Of a DNA stretch of 64,000 bases, positions 55,020 to 63,861 are shown in pieces. Below the pieces are notes generated by a model that searched no databases, had not been told where the DNA came from, and was given only the letters and a program-made list of their open reading frames with translations. The stretch's first letter is position 1. Each line of letters opens with the position of its first letter. The DNA is taken from positions 977 through 64,976 of IMG/VR virus record IMGVR_UViG_2974564184_000001; one strand, 5' to 3'. The DNA comes from a virus. Taxonomy: Duplodnaviria > Heunggongvirae > Uroviricota > Caudoviricetes. Both the position numbers and the translations under genes were made by a program.

Positions 55020-55110
55020 GGAGGAGCAAATCGAATGGCGACGAAAGCTGTCTTGAAAACAGTCGAGCGTGATGAGCGCCTTGGGAGTTCGACTCTCCCC
55101 TCCTCCGCCA
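55020..55110 (+). tRNA. tRNA-Ser (TGA)
   Basis: GGAGGAG...GCTGT-CTTGAAA-ACAGT, long variable arm, GGGAGTTCGACTCTCCC, CTCCTCC G CCA. Confidence 0.65.
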
Positions 55111-55126
55111 AACAACAGGGGGACTC

Positions 55127-55549
55127 ATGGAAAAACTCTGTTCTAAATGTGGTGAAACAAAGCTACTAACGGAATTTAACAAGAGTTCCAAACGTAAAGA
55201 TGGTGTCCAAGTATGGTGCAGACCTTGTACCAAGAGTGTGAATAATGAGAAGTACGCTACTGATCACACACACAGGTCAAGAATCAGGAAGAACAATGAG
55301 AAAGAAGTGCAGAAATGCAAAGACCTTCTCCTTGAGTTCAAATCTGTAGGCTGCACGTTGTGTCCTGAAAAGGAACCAGTCGCATTGGATCTTCATCATC
55401 TTGATGAAGAGACCAAAGATGCAAATGTCTCAGACCTTATGCGTCGAGGGACTAAGAAACTGATAGCAGAGATGAACAAGTGCGTTGTGTTGTGTGCCAA
55501 CTGTCACAGAAAGGTTCATGCTGGAATATTGGTGCTACCGGGTCGGTAG
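55127..55549 (+). CDS. HNH homing endonuclease
   Basis: LDLHHLDEETKDANVSDLMRR...LCANCHRKVH; lies inside tRNA cluster, 3' end overlaps next tRNA. Confidence 0.7.
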   Translation: MEKLCSKCGETKLLTEFNKSSKRKDGVQVWCRPCTKSVNNEKYATDHTHRSRIRKNNEKEVQKCKDLLLEFKSVGCTLCPEKEPVALDLHHLDEETKDANVSDLMRRGTKKLIAEMNKCVVLCANCHRKVHAGILVLPGR

Positions 55550-55615
55550 CCGAGCGGTCAGGCACCCGCCTTTTAAGCGGAAAGACGTAGGGTTCGAATC
55601 CCACCCGACCCACCA
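55540..55615 (+). tRNA. tRNA-Lys? (TTT) with Ser-like D-arm and weak T-stem
   Basis: GGGTCGG TA GCCGAGCGGTCAGGC A CCCGC-CTTTTAA-GCGGA ... GGGTTCGAATCCC ... CCGACCC A CCA. Confidence 0.4.
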
Positions 55616-55639
55616 ATTTGAAAATTAGTGAAAATAAGG

Positions 55640-55668
55640 CTTGCAGAAGATTGATTTCACTGATAAAG
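55640..55668 (+). promoter_or_regulatory. promoter TTGCAG-N17-TAAAGT (CTGATAAAGT family)
   Basis: upstream of tRNA-Asn. Confidence 0.45.
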
Positions 55669-55741
55669 TAATTACTCGATAGGGGAAAAGAGACGGCACT
55701 CTCCCTGTGACGCTGAAAGATGCAGGCCGACGAATACAAAT

Positions 55742-55827
55742 GACGAGGTGGTTCATCCGGTAGAACAGCGGACTGTTAATCCGCGAGCGAAAGCTCTATG
55801 TGGGTTCGAGTCCCACCCTCGTCGCCA
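55742..55827 (+). tRNA. tRNA-Asn (GTT) with 15-nt extra arm
   Basis: GACGAGG TG GTTC..GAAC A GCGGA-CTGTTAA-TCCGC GAGCGAAAGCTCTAT GTGGGTTCGAGTCCCAC CCTCGTC G CCA. Confidence 0.55.
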
Positions 55828-55832
55828 AATTT

Positions 55833-55907
55833 GGGAATGTGGCAGATTGGTAATGTACTCCACTGTCTATGGAGCCTATGCGAGTTCGATCCTCGTCATT
55901 CCCGCCA
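55833..55907 (+). tRNA. tRNA-Asp (GTC)
   Basis: GGGAATG...CTCCA-CTGTCTA-TGGAG...CGAGTTCGATCCTCG CATTCCC G CCA. Confidence 0.65.
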
Positions 55908-55971
55908 AAATTAGCAAGCCAGCGATACCAGTTTTAGAAATGCCTCTGGGACAATTAAAAGGCAAATATTT

Positions 55972-56048
55972 CGGAGTTTAGCTCAGTCTGGTAGAGCGCC
56001 TGGTTTGGGACCAGGAGGTCGTAGGTTCGAGTCCTGCAACTCCGACCA
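55972..56048 (+). tRNA. tRNA-Pro (TGG)
   Basis: CGGAGTT TA GCTCAGTCTGGTAGAGC G CCTGG-TTTGGGA-CCAGG...GTAGGTTCGAGTCCTGC AACTCCG A CCA. Confidence 0.75.
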
Positions 56049-56103
56049 ATAAGATTTATCGTGGGGCGATGGGTATTCAGTTAACCATGCGACGGTAAAT
56101 TCA

Positions 56104-56179
56104 TGGGGAATTAGCTCAGTTGGTAGAGCGTCTGCCTTGCACGTAGAAGGTCAAGAGTTCAAATCTCTTATTCTCCACC
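56104..56179 (+). tRNA. tRNA-Ala (TGC)
   Basis: GGGGAAT with G3:U70, loop CTTGCAC, AAGAGTTCAAATCTCTT, ATTCTCC A CCA. Confidence 0.75.
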
Positions 56180-56235
56180 ATAATGACGCCTGGGAAACTG
56201 ACATGTACGTGTCGTCTTCACTGGGCTTTTATTAT

Positions 56236-56311
56236 GCAGGTATAGTTCAACTGGACAGAGCATCAGCTTACGAAGCTGAGAATCGGGGTTCGAATCCCTG
56301 TATCTGCACCA
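56236..56311 (+). tRNA. tRNA-Arg (ACG)
   Basis: GCAGGTA...TCAGC-TTACGAA-GCTGA...CGGGGTTCGAATCCCTG TATCTGC A CCA. Confidence 0.7.
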
Positions 56312-56415
56312 AATGAAGGCTGGGATTTCTTCGTGACCTCAGCGTTAAAGAGTCCTCAAGCATCGCCTCGGCGGTGAGCTTCTCGGGTCGCACCCGGTTA
56401 ATGAGGCATTATTTA

Positions 56416-56500
56416 GGGCAAGTGGCGAAATTGGTAGACGCACCAGATTTAGGTTCTGGCGCAGAAATGTGTGAGAGTTCGAGTCTCTCCTTGCCCACCA
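56416..56500 (+). tRNA. tRNA-Leu (TAG), type II
   Basis: GGGCAAG TG GCGAAATTGGTAGACGC A CCAGA-TTTAGGT-TCTGG, variable arm, GAGAGTTCGAGTCTCTC CTTGCCC A CCA. Confidence 0.7.
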
Positions 56501-56508
56501 AACACCTC

Positions 56509-56584
56509 GGGGGTGTAACTCAGTTGGTAGAGTGCCTGTTTGAAGAACAGATGGTCACTGGTTCGAATCCAGTCGTCCCCACCA
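56509..56584 (+). tRNA. tRNA-Phe (GAA)
   Basis: GGGGGTG TA ACTCAGTTGGTAGAGT...loop TTGAAGA...ACTGGTTCGAATCCAGT CGTCCCC A CCA. Confidence 0.65.
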
Positions 56585-56686
56585 AACATTCTCTGTGATG
56601 CAGGTTCGACTCCTGTCAGGACGGCAAAGCCTTCGGGTGGCGAGGTCGTGTGCGTGATGTGGTTAACGGCAGAGAAGTCAAACAGT

Positions 56687-56768
56687 TGCGTGGTAGTGAA
56701 ACGGATATATAGATCATGTTGGCCTCATAAGCCGAAGATTGTGGGTTCGACTCCCACTCACGCATCCA
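56687..56768 (+). tRNA. tRNA-Met/Ile2? (CAT), 82 nt
   Basis: TGCGTGG...TTGGC-CTCATAA-GCCGA AGATT GTGGGTTCGACTCCCAC TCACGCA T CCA; D-arm could not be folded cleanly. Confidence 0.4.
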
Positions 56769-56811
56769 AAATTCTAATAATAATAATTCAAAATCTCCTC
56801 TCCTTTGCCTC

Positions 56812-56840
56812 GCCCCGCTCTTGCGGGGCTTTTCTTTTTC
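56812..56840 (+). terminator. Rho-independent terminator closing the tRNA island
   Basis: GCCCCGC-TCTT-GCGGGGC followed by TTTTCTTTTTC. Confidence 0.75.
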
Positions 56841-56879
56841 TGGTATCCTGTAAATCTTAAATGAATAAAGGAGACCACG

Positions 56880-58304
56880 ATGATCTACAAATACCCCCGA
56901 GATGACTTCCGTCGAGAAGCAAACATCTTACGCAGCTTCTTCCCGGCAGATGTCTACGGCGTATTGCAACGCCTGGATGCCATGATCGCGGGAGGTACGC
57001 TCACATCTCTTTTCTCAAACCGAGAAGTAAACGACCTCGATATCTATTTCCGGTCATGGGACGATTTGGAGATCTTCGTTGCGTATATGCACGACAAACA
57101 GCTCCTAAGCGGAGAGCATGACCTGACTGTTCACACAATGGGTTGGAACAAGTACAAGCGTACTTATCGTCGATTCAAGAAGTTGGATGGTATTGACTTG
57201 GCTACTCACCCATTCAAGATCGCAAGCACGAAATCAATCCGAGACCAACTGGATGGTTGCGCTCCAGAGGAAGGCGGAGAGGAAGTCTCACGTAAAATCC
57301 GCGAGATGTTTGGGATGATCAAGCCTTTTGATGAGACTGAGGATCATGCCTCGCACATCAAGATGGTTGGTATGACGGATAAGAGTGTGATGTACTCTAT
57401 GCAATCAGGCCCGGTAATGCAGGTGATTGGGTTCAGTGTCTTCGAGACACCAGAGGAGATCTTCGCCAAGTTTGATTACACGATCAATATGGGTGCTTTC
57501 TGTTTTAAGACAGAAGAGTGGCATGTGGATAACCAGTTCATGAAGCATTTAGCTCAGAAGGTGTTGGTTGTCAACCCAGCAACTGATTATCCAATCATCA
57601 GCCTCTTACGTGCTGCGAAGTACGAAGCCCGTGGCTACACAATCTCTCGCCGCGAGGCGATGAAGTTGGGTCTGGCTATGACCAAGTTGGAGATCTCTTC
57701 TTGGGAGGACGCCAAGAAACACCTGAGCGGAATGTACGGGACAAATGTTGAAACACTCTTCAATGAGGAAAGGCCGTTTTCATTTGAACTGTTATTTGAT
57801 AAACTGGACACTGCTGGTGAAAAAACAATCTCGATGATTGCCACTGACAAGGAGAAAGGTGATCGTGCCAAGATCAACCATATCTCTCTTGAGCCAGTTG
57901 GACAGTTCACGGTATTGAACACATTGCGCTACCATACAGGTCGCCCACATTACAGCAAGATGTGGGGAGTCTGCAAAAGCAAAGACTTCTACTTGCTTGA
58001 ACCAGAGAAGTCACGACAGAAGATTCACGTTGGCATGACCAATGTGGATAGTGACTTCCACCACCATGTGGAGCTTTTCTTTGACGAGGAAGACGCCCGT
58101 GGACGGTACGAGCAATTGGGGAAAAAGCCAATGGATGGTGGTGCAGTGCTGTTGCAGGTTGACATCCTCAATCTGAAACACCTTCATCAGAAAGACCACG
58201 ACACCGGGTCGGTAAACATGAACGTTAAAGGCGGTCACGTCAAACGTACTGAACCATCCGCTGTCATCCGCAAGTACATCGAAAGCAATGGAGATTTTAC
58301 GTGA
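56880..58304 (+). CDS. nucleotidyltransferase-fold protein of unknown function
   Basis: AAAGGAG RBS; IAGGTLTSLFSNREVNDLDIYF resembles hG[GS]-x9-13-DhD pol-beta NTase motif; 474 aa. Confidence 0.45.
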   Translation: MIYKYPRDDFRREANILRSFFPADVYGVLQRLDAMIAGGTLTSLFSNREVNDLDIYFRSWDDLEIFVAYMHDKQLLSGEHDLTVHTMGWNKYKRTYRRFKKLDGIDLATHPFKIASTKSIRDQLDGCAPEEGGEEVSRKIREMFGMIKPFDETEDHASHIKMVGMTDKSVMYSMQSGPVMQVIGFSVFETPEEIFAKFDYTINMGAFCFKTEEWHVDNQFMKHLAQKVLVVNPATDYPIISLLRAAKYEARGYTISRREAMKLGLAMTKLEISSWEDAKKHLSGMYGTNVETLFNEERPFSFELLFDKLDTAGEKTISMIATDKEKGDRAKINHISLEPVGQFTVLNTLRYHTGRPHYSKMWGVCKSKDFYLLEPEKSRQKIHVGMTNVDSDFHHHVELFFDEEDARGRYEQLGKKPMDGGAVLLQVDILNLKHLHQKDHDTGSVNMNVKGGHVKRTEPSAVIRKYIESNGDFT

Positions 58305-58705
58305 TCACATTTGAAGCCTTTCTCATTATGGTGAGGAAGTACAAGAAGATCATCGTCGCTGGAGTATTCGCATTAACCCTGGTAATCGGGGCTTTGTGGG
58401 TTCACAGTTGGTACGAGGATCAACTTACTGCACAATACAACTCAGGGGTGACGGTAACAGACACCAAGTGGGAGAAGCAGATGCAGAATAACAAAATCGC
58501 TCAGGCCGCATTCAAGGCAGACCAGCAAGCACTGACCGATAAGCTGCAAGAGCAACTGGCAGAGGCTAACAGCCGCATTGCTGACTTGGAGAAATCCTCC
58601 GGTGCGAAGCAGGATGAGTATGCCAAATCAGATGCAGGCAAGAAGACGGGCCTGGACGATAAGGCAGTGGACATCTACAACGAGAGCTTGGGGATTGGGA
58701 AATGA
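58301..58705 (+). CDS. i-spanin (Rz-like): N-terminal TM helix plus periplasmic coiled coil
   Basis: IIVAGVFALTLVIGALWV TM, then Gln/Ala/Glu-rich coiled coil; start codon overlaps upstream stop. Confidence 0.6.
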   Translation: MITFEAFLIMVRKYKKIIVAGVFALTLVIGALWVHSWYEDQLTAQYNSGVTVTDTKWEKQMQNNKIAQAAFKADQQALTDKLQEQLAEANSRIADLEKSSGAKQDEYAKSDAGKKTGLDDKAVDIYNESLGIGK

Positions 58706-58986
58706 AAAAGCTGATCGCGATCTTATTCGCAATGACTCTTGTGGGCTGCACAGTCCACCCTACGGTAGTTCCAGTTGTGGAGAAGCCGAAGGTATCAGAC
58801 CTCATCGCAAAACCCCCTGCCGAGGCAATGAAAGACCCTATGGAGCCTATTCCGCTCAAGAAGGGTGATACAACAGCCGGGAACACTGCAATCATGAGGC
58901 AGAATAACCTGAATGGTTTGACAGATCGAACCAAGCTGAGAACCCTCCAGGAGTATGTCCGCAACCTGTTCAAAGACGAAAAGTAA
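58702..58986 (+). CDS. o-spanin (Rz1-like) outer-membrane lipoprotein
   Basis: MKKLIAILFAMTLVGC lipobox, Pro-rich, start overlaps i-spanin stop. Confidence 0.65.
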   Translation: MKKLIAILFAMTLVGCTVHPTVVPVVEKPKVSDLIAKPPAEAMKDPMEPIPLKKGDTTAGNTAIMRQNNLNGLTDRTKLRTLQEYVRNLFKDEK

Positions 58987-58992
58987 TTGACA

Positions 58993-59027
58993 AAGCCCTT
59001 ACATTGCGTTAAGGGCTTTATTTTTAT
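58993..59027 (+). terminator. Rho-independent terminator
   Basis: AAGCCCTTA-loop-TAAGGGCTT followed by TATTTTTAT. Confidence 0.65.
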
Positions 59028-59036
59028 GAGCTTTCG

Positions 59037-59045
59037 TGGTAAAAT
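59037..59045 (+). promoter_or_regulatory. extended -10 element TGgTAAAAT (candidate late promoter)
   Basis: 42 nt upstream of terminase start; no good -35. Confidence 0.3.
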
Positions 59046-59079
59046 CCTCTAATACGCCAAATTATATCACGGAGGTTCC

Positions 59080-60564
59080 TTGAGTAAGACATTCGGGCCA
59101 GCCAGTGAGAAGCAAAAGATGATTCTGGAAAACAACGCCCAGATCCTCATCATCGGGGGAGCAGCAGGCTCCGGTAAATCCTATCTCTTGCAACTTATGC
59201 CCTTAAAACTGATTGACGATCCTAAAACAAACTGCATCATGTTCCGTCGAACAACGCCGCAGTTAAAGGGTCAGGGCGGTCTGTTTGATACAGCCCGTGG
59301 CATTTACAACGAATTGCCAAAAGCATGGAAGCCACGCTTCCGTGAAAAAGAACTGGAAGCAATCTTCCCTAATGGGGCGAAGGTAAAGTGGTCGCACATG
59401 GAATATGTGAAGGACAAACTTAACCACCAGGGTCTACAGTACACATTCGTCGGCTTTGACGAAGGATGTCAGTTTGAATGGGAGCAGATCGACTACCTGA
59501 TCTCCCGTCTTCGTTCTGAATCAAAATACCCGAGCCGCATGGTAATTTCCTGTAACCCCGATCCCGACCACAAAATCAAAGAGCTGATCTACTGGTATCT
59601 CGATGATGCCGGATATCCAATCCCAGAGAGAGACGGAGTGATCCGTTGGTTCCTGCGTAAGGACGGTGAGTTCATGTGGGGTGAAAGTCAAGAGGAATTG
59701 TATGAAATTTATGGAGAAGAGGCAGAAGATGCTTTGACCTTTTCATTCATTTCTGCTAATATCTTTGATAACCCACCGATGCTGGAAAACAACCGTGAAT
59801 ACCTGGCGTTCCTTAAAGGTCTGCCGGAGGTTGAGAAAGCCCAGCTATTATACGGAAACTGGAATGCCCGTCCAGAAGGTGCAAACTACTTCCTGCGTAC
59901 ATATCTGAAAGAAGCCGAGGTCGTCCCAATCGGGGCCAAGTCGGTGCGCTCTTACGATAAGGCAGGTACTGAGAGAACCTCTGGCAACAAAGCTCCCGAC
60001 TTCACGGCTGGTATCAAAGTCAGCAAGGATGAAAACGGGTTCTTCTATCTATCAGGCGATTACTGCCCGGAGTTCGTAGACGATGGTCTTTACTCCACGC
60101 AGACGCAAGGCCGCTTCTGTAAGAAGGCAGGTGAACGCGATCTGATTATCCGCAAACAGGCAAAACAAGATGGTGATGACGTAATAGTCATTTTCTCTGT
60201 TGACCCCGGTCAAGCAGGTATCAGTGAGTTCGTCACATCCTCCAGAGCATTGCTTGCTGATGGTTACGTTGTAGAGAAAGACCCGACACCGGGCAACAAG
60301 TCGAAAGTGACTCGCTTCTCTCCGTTCGCCCAGCTTGCACAGCAAGGTTTTGTGTATATCGTCAAATCCAGCTTCGATCTTAAAACTTACGAAGCGCTGA
60401 TGAAAGAACTTGAGTCTTTCAACGGTGAACGTTCCACAACGACTCGTAAGGATGACTGGGTGGATGCCGTGGCCTCTGGTGTTAACTACCTGGAGAAAGC
60501 GGATATTGTCCGAGCCATTGTCATGCCTAAGATTGTTGCTCCAACCTTGTACAAGAGACGATAA
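59080..60564 (+). CDS. terL: terminase large subunit
   Basis: TTG start after GGAGG; Walker A IIGGAAGSGKSYLL; acidic nuclease-domain residues (DEG..., D...D) in C-terminal half. Confidence 0.85.
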   Translation: MSKTFGPASEKQKMILENNAQILIIGGAAGSGKSYLLQLMPLKLIDDPKTNCIMFRRTTPQLKGQGGLFDTARGIYNELPKAWKPRFREKELEAIFPNGAKVKWSHMEYVKDKLNHQGLQYTFVGFDEGCQFEWEQIDYLISRLRSESKYPSRMVISCNPDPDHKIKELIYWYLDDAGYPIPERDGVIRWFLRKDGEFMWGESQEELYEIYGEEAEDALTFSFISANIFDNPPMLENNREYLAFLKGLPEVEKAQLLYGNWNARPEGANYFLRTYLKEAEVVPIGAKSVRSYDKAGTERTSGNKAPDFTAGIKVSKDENGFFYLSGDYCPEFVDDGLYSTQTQGRFCKKAGERDLIIRKQAKQDGDDVIVIFSVDPGQAGISEFVTSSRALLADGYVVEKDPTPGNKSKVTRFSPFAQLAQQGFVYIVKSSFDLKTYEALMKELESFNGERSTTTRKDDWVDAVASGVNYLEKADIVRAIVMPKIVAPTLYKRR

Positions 60565-60579
60565 CAGAGGGGATGAGTC

Positions 60580-62142
60580 GTGTCAAGAAGAAGCTCAAGA
60601 AAAAGAAAGGTCATGGCAAAGCAAGCTGTGCAAAAGGCTGGTAACGAGTCCTTAGCAGTTAGCCGTGTCCGCATGGGTGAACTCGGGTCTGGCGCTCTGT
60701 CTCAGATCCGTGCAGACTCAGAACGCATGATGGTGCAGGAGCTACGCTGGCCTTTCTTCATCGGCACAGTGGAAGCAATGAAGCAGGATCATACCGTTTC
60801 AACCGCTCTCGATACTAAGTACGTTTTCGTTACCAAAGCGTTTAATGATTTCAAAATGCTTTTCAATCGTGACAGCCAGGCATCTAAGGACGCCGCTGAA
60901 CTGATTGAATTTGCGCTCAAGAATATGAACAACCAAAGCCTTCGTGATTTTGCTCGAAGTGCAGTCACCTTCAACGAGTATGGCTTCGCCGCATTCGAAA
61001 AGGTTTATCGCACAGAGACATCCAACACGAAGTTCCTTGGCAAGACTGTTCTGGATCGTTTAGCATTCCGTCCACAGGCCAGCCTGTCTCGCTCCAATCC
61101 ATTCCAATTCGAGAATGGTGGTCGTGACTTCACTGGGTTGTGGCAAGCGCCTCGCGCCTTCAATGACCTCGATGGTGACCTGAGAGCAGTGCTTTCTTCC
61201 CTCGAAATCGCAGGTGTGTCAAAGCGTGGTGTGGAAGTGTTCATCCCGGCAAACAAGCTCATGCTTATGTCTCTGGGTGGAACTGAGTCCAACCCGGCAG
61301 GTGTCTCTCCGCTGATTGGATGCTATCGTGCCTTCCGTGAGAAGATCCTGATCGAGAACCTTGAGGTTATCGGCGCGGGTAAAGACCTTGGTGGTATCAT
61401 CGAATTGAAGATCCCATCTCAGATCCTGAACAAGGCAAACATCGACCCTAACTCCCAAGAAGCTATGATGGTTCAGGGATTGATGGCAGATGCTGCTAAC
61501 GCACACGCAGGTGAACAAGCATACTTCATCCTACCTTCGGATTATAACACGCAGGGTGGGGAACAGTTCAAGATGTCTCTGAAAGGGATTGACGGTGCTG
61601 GGAAGCAGTATAGTACCAAAGACCTGATCCAGGAACGCAAGAAAGCAATCCTTGATCGCTTCGGTGCTGGATTCATCAACCTCGGTAACGATGGTCAAGG
61701 CTCTTACAACCTGTCAGAGTCCAAACAGACTATCCACGGTCATTTCGTACAACGCGACATTGACATTATCGTTGAAGCAATCAACCGCAACCTGATCCCT
61801 CAGTTGCTGGCAATGAATGGCATCCGCCTGTCAGATGAAGACATGCCTAAGCTCAAGCCTGGATTAATTCAGGAAGTTGACATGGAAGGCTTCTCTAAAT
61901 TTGTACAGCGTATCGGTGCTGTTGGTTACCTGCCTAAGACACGCGAAGTCATCAATAAGATTCTTGAAGTTGGTGGATTCGATTATGTCATTGATGAGGA
62001 TATGTCTCAAGAGGATCTTTTAGAGATTCTTGGACAGAATGAATCTGGTTCAGGGGAAGGTATGGAAGCGGGTACTTCCGGTAACGGAACGTCTAAGAAC
62101 TCGTCTGCGAGAGACAATTCAGTCTCAAATAACGAGAACTAA
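60580..62142 (+). CDS. portal protein
   Basis: 520 aa immediately after terminase; GTG start at 60580 (alternative ATG at 60613). Confidence 0.7.
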   Translation: MSRRSSRKRKVMAKQAVQKAGNESLAVSRVRMGELGSGALSQIRADSERMMVQELRWPFFIGTVEAMKQDHTVSTALDTKYVFVTKAFNDFKMLFNRDSQASKDAAELIEFALKNMNNQSLRDFARSAVTFNEYGFAAFEKVYRTETSNTKFLGKTVLDRLAFRPQASLSRSNPFQFENGGRDFTGLWQAPRAFNDLDGDLRAVLSSLEIAGVSKRGVEVFIPANKLMLMSLGGTESNPAGVSPLIGCYRAFREKILIENLEVIGAGKDLGGIIELKIPSQILNKANIDPNSQEAMMVQGLMADAANAHAGEQAYFILPSDYNTQGGEQFKMSLKGIDGAGKQYSTKDLIQERKKAILDRFGAGFINLGNDGQGSYNLSESKQTIHGHFVQRDIDIIVEAINRNLIPQLLAMNGIRLSDEDMPKLKPGLIQEVDMEGFSKFVQRIGAVGYLPKTREVINKILEVGGFDYVIDEDMSQEDLLEILGQNESGSGEGMEAGTSGNGTSKNSSARDNSVSNNEN

Positions 62143-62210
62143 GTCAAGCCGCTGAAAATGCTTGCAAAAGAAAATGAACGGTGTTAAAATAACTATCAAC
62201 GGGGAAAACG

Positions 62211-62837
62211 ATGAAATACAAAAGTATTGCTGACCTTCCTGCATCGGTATCTGATCTGTCTCTCGTTCAGAAGAGCAAGGTGCTGAAAATTGCGAACGGC
62301 CTGATTGATTCAGGCCAGTCTCCTGACAACGCTATCGAGAAAGCCTGCAAAGACGTTCTCCATATCGGTCTTGTGAAGACAGCAATCCAGAAGGATGCCA
62401 AGCCAGTGGCGGTCATTAAGGATGCAGATGAGCAGATGATTTCTTACGAAGTTATCTACGAACCAAACTCCAAAGATGCCCACGGCGAATGGATGTCTTC
62501 TGATACAATTTCAAAAGGTAAGGACAGCTTCGACGCTGCTCGTGCTGCGGGTCTTGTAAAAGAGAACCTGTTCCACATCGTTGAGACTGACGCCTTCACG
62601 ATTGAGAAGACCTGGATTCAAGAAGAATTCGATGTCGTGGTTATCGGAAGTGAGCAGATTATCAAAGCTGGCACTTGGGTAGCCAAAGTCAAATACAATG
62701 ATCCTGAACTGTGGCTCTTGAAAAAGGCCAACGCTGTTGGTGGTCTCAGCATTCAATGCTCTGGCTTCACTGACGAAGAGACTGGTGAAATCACCGGACT
62801 CGACTTCGGGATCGAACTTGTCACCGAGGAAAACTAA
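62211..62837 (+). CDS. prohead protease (S78/HK97-like)
   Basis: KDAHGEWMSS (His) and GGLSIQCSGF (Ser) catalytic motifs; position after portal. Confidence 0.65.
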   Translation: MKYKSIADLPASVSDLSLVQKSKVLKIANGLIDSGQSPDNAIEKACKDVLHIGLVKTAIQKDAKPVAVIKDADEQMISYEVIYEPNSKDAHGEWMSSDTISKGKDSFDAARAAGLVKENLFHIVETDAFTIEKTWIQEEFDVVVIGSEQIIKAGTWVAKVKYNDPELWLLKKANAVGGLSIQCSGFTDEETGEITGLDFGIELVTEEN

Positions 62838-63841
62838 TGAGCGGACTCGTAGTCAAGGCCAAAACAATCAAGGAAAAGGGTATCGCCCTTTGCCACGAGA
62901 GTCAAGGTTATTCTGCAAACCTGCGTCCGGTAAGTCTTCTGATGAAGTCTGACCTTGCACCAGAGCAGATTACCAAAGACGTGGTTAAGGCACTGCGCCA
63001 AGTCACTGTTGATATGAGCTTCGAAGAATTCCTTCGCCGCTTCTTCGATATGTGGTCTTCCGATGCAGAACTGCTGACCAAACTGTTGGGCTTCGAAACT
63101 GAACTGGAAAACGCTGCTGCTGAAAATCCTGACGATGAATGGCTGCAACGTTGGAACGATGACAATCAGGAATGGCTGTCGTCTAAGGTGGAATCAATCT
63201 CCATCGCCAAGTCTGCTCAGGCAGGCGAAGAACTGGATCTCGTGAAGCAATACGAACTGATTAAGCTGCAACAGCAGTTTGAAAAGGGTGTTGCAGAACA
63301 CGGTGTCACCTTCGACACCAAAGACACTCAGGAGACTGGGGTCGTCAAGGCTACTGGGGATGCCCCGGTGCCAGTTGAAAATCCAAATGAAAACAAGGAG
63401 ACCTCTGTGTCCGAAACCACAACTGTAGATGTTCAGAAAAGTCCAGAATTCCTGGATCTGCTGAAACAACTTGAAGCCGCAAATGCGAAAGCTGCTGCTG
63501 CCGATGAAATCATCAAGGCGAACGTTGAAGTGGCGAAAGCTGCTGCCGTTACCAAAGCGACTGGCCTGTCATTCGTTGACGAAGGCGCTCGTGAAGCCGT
63601 TGCTGACTTCATCATCAAAGCTGAAAATGCTCCTATCGTTGCACTGCTGGAAAAAGCTCAGGCTAAGATTGCTGAACTGACTGCCGAAGTTGCTGACGTG
63701 AAGAAAGAGTTCGGCGAAAAAGAACATGGCCTTGATGGTGCCGCTGGTGCTGATGACCTTAACAAGTCTGCACAGGACATCCTGAACGCTAACGTACAGA
63801 AAGCTCTTGCGAAAGCTCGCGAAGCTGCTGCTGCCAACTAA
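62837..63841 (+). CDS. scaffolding protein
   Basis: 334 aa, highly alpha-helical Ala/Glu/Lys-rich, between protease and capsid gene. Confidence 0.6.
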   Translation: MSGLVVKAKTIKEKGIALCHESQGYSANLRPVSLLMKSDLAPEQITKDVVKALRQVTVDMSFEEFLRRFFDMWSSDAELLTKLLGFETELENAAAENPDDEWLQRWNDDNQEWLSSKVESISIAKSAQAGEELDLVKQYELIKLQQQFEKGVAEHGVTFDTKDTQETGVVKATGDAPVPVENPNENKETSVSETTTVDVQKSPEFLDLLKQLEAANAKAAAADEIIKANVEVAKAAAVTKATGLSFVDEGAREAVADFIIKAENAPIVALLEKAQAKIAELTAEVADVKKEFGEKEHGLDGAAGADDLNKSAQDILNANVQKALAKAREAAAAN

Positions 63842-63861
63842 TCTGAGGAGATACTTCTAAA

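Noticed and set aside
55748-55981. 77-aa ORF and other track ORFs in 49164..50007, 54000..54421, 56374..56860
   Set aside because: They overlap well-folded tRNA genes on the same or opposite strand.
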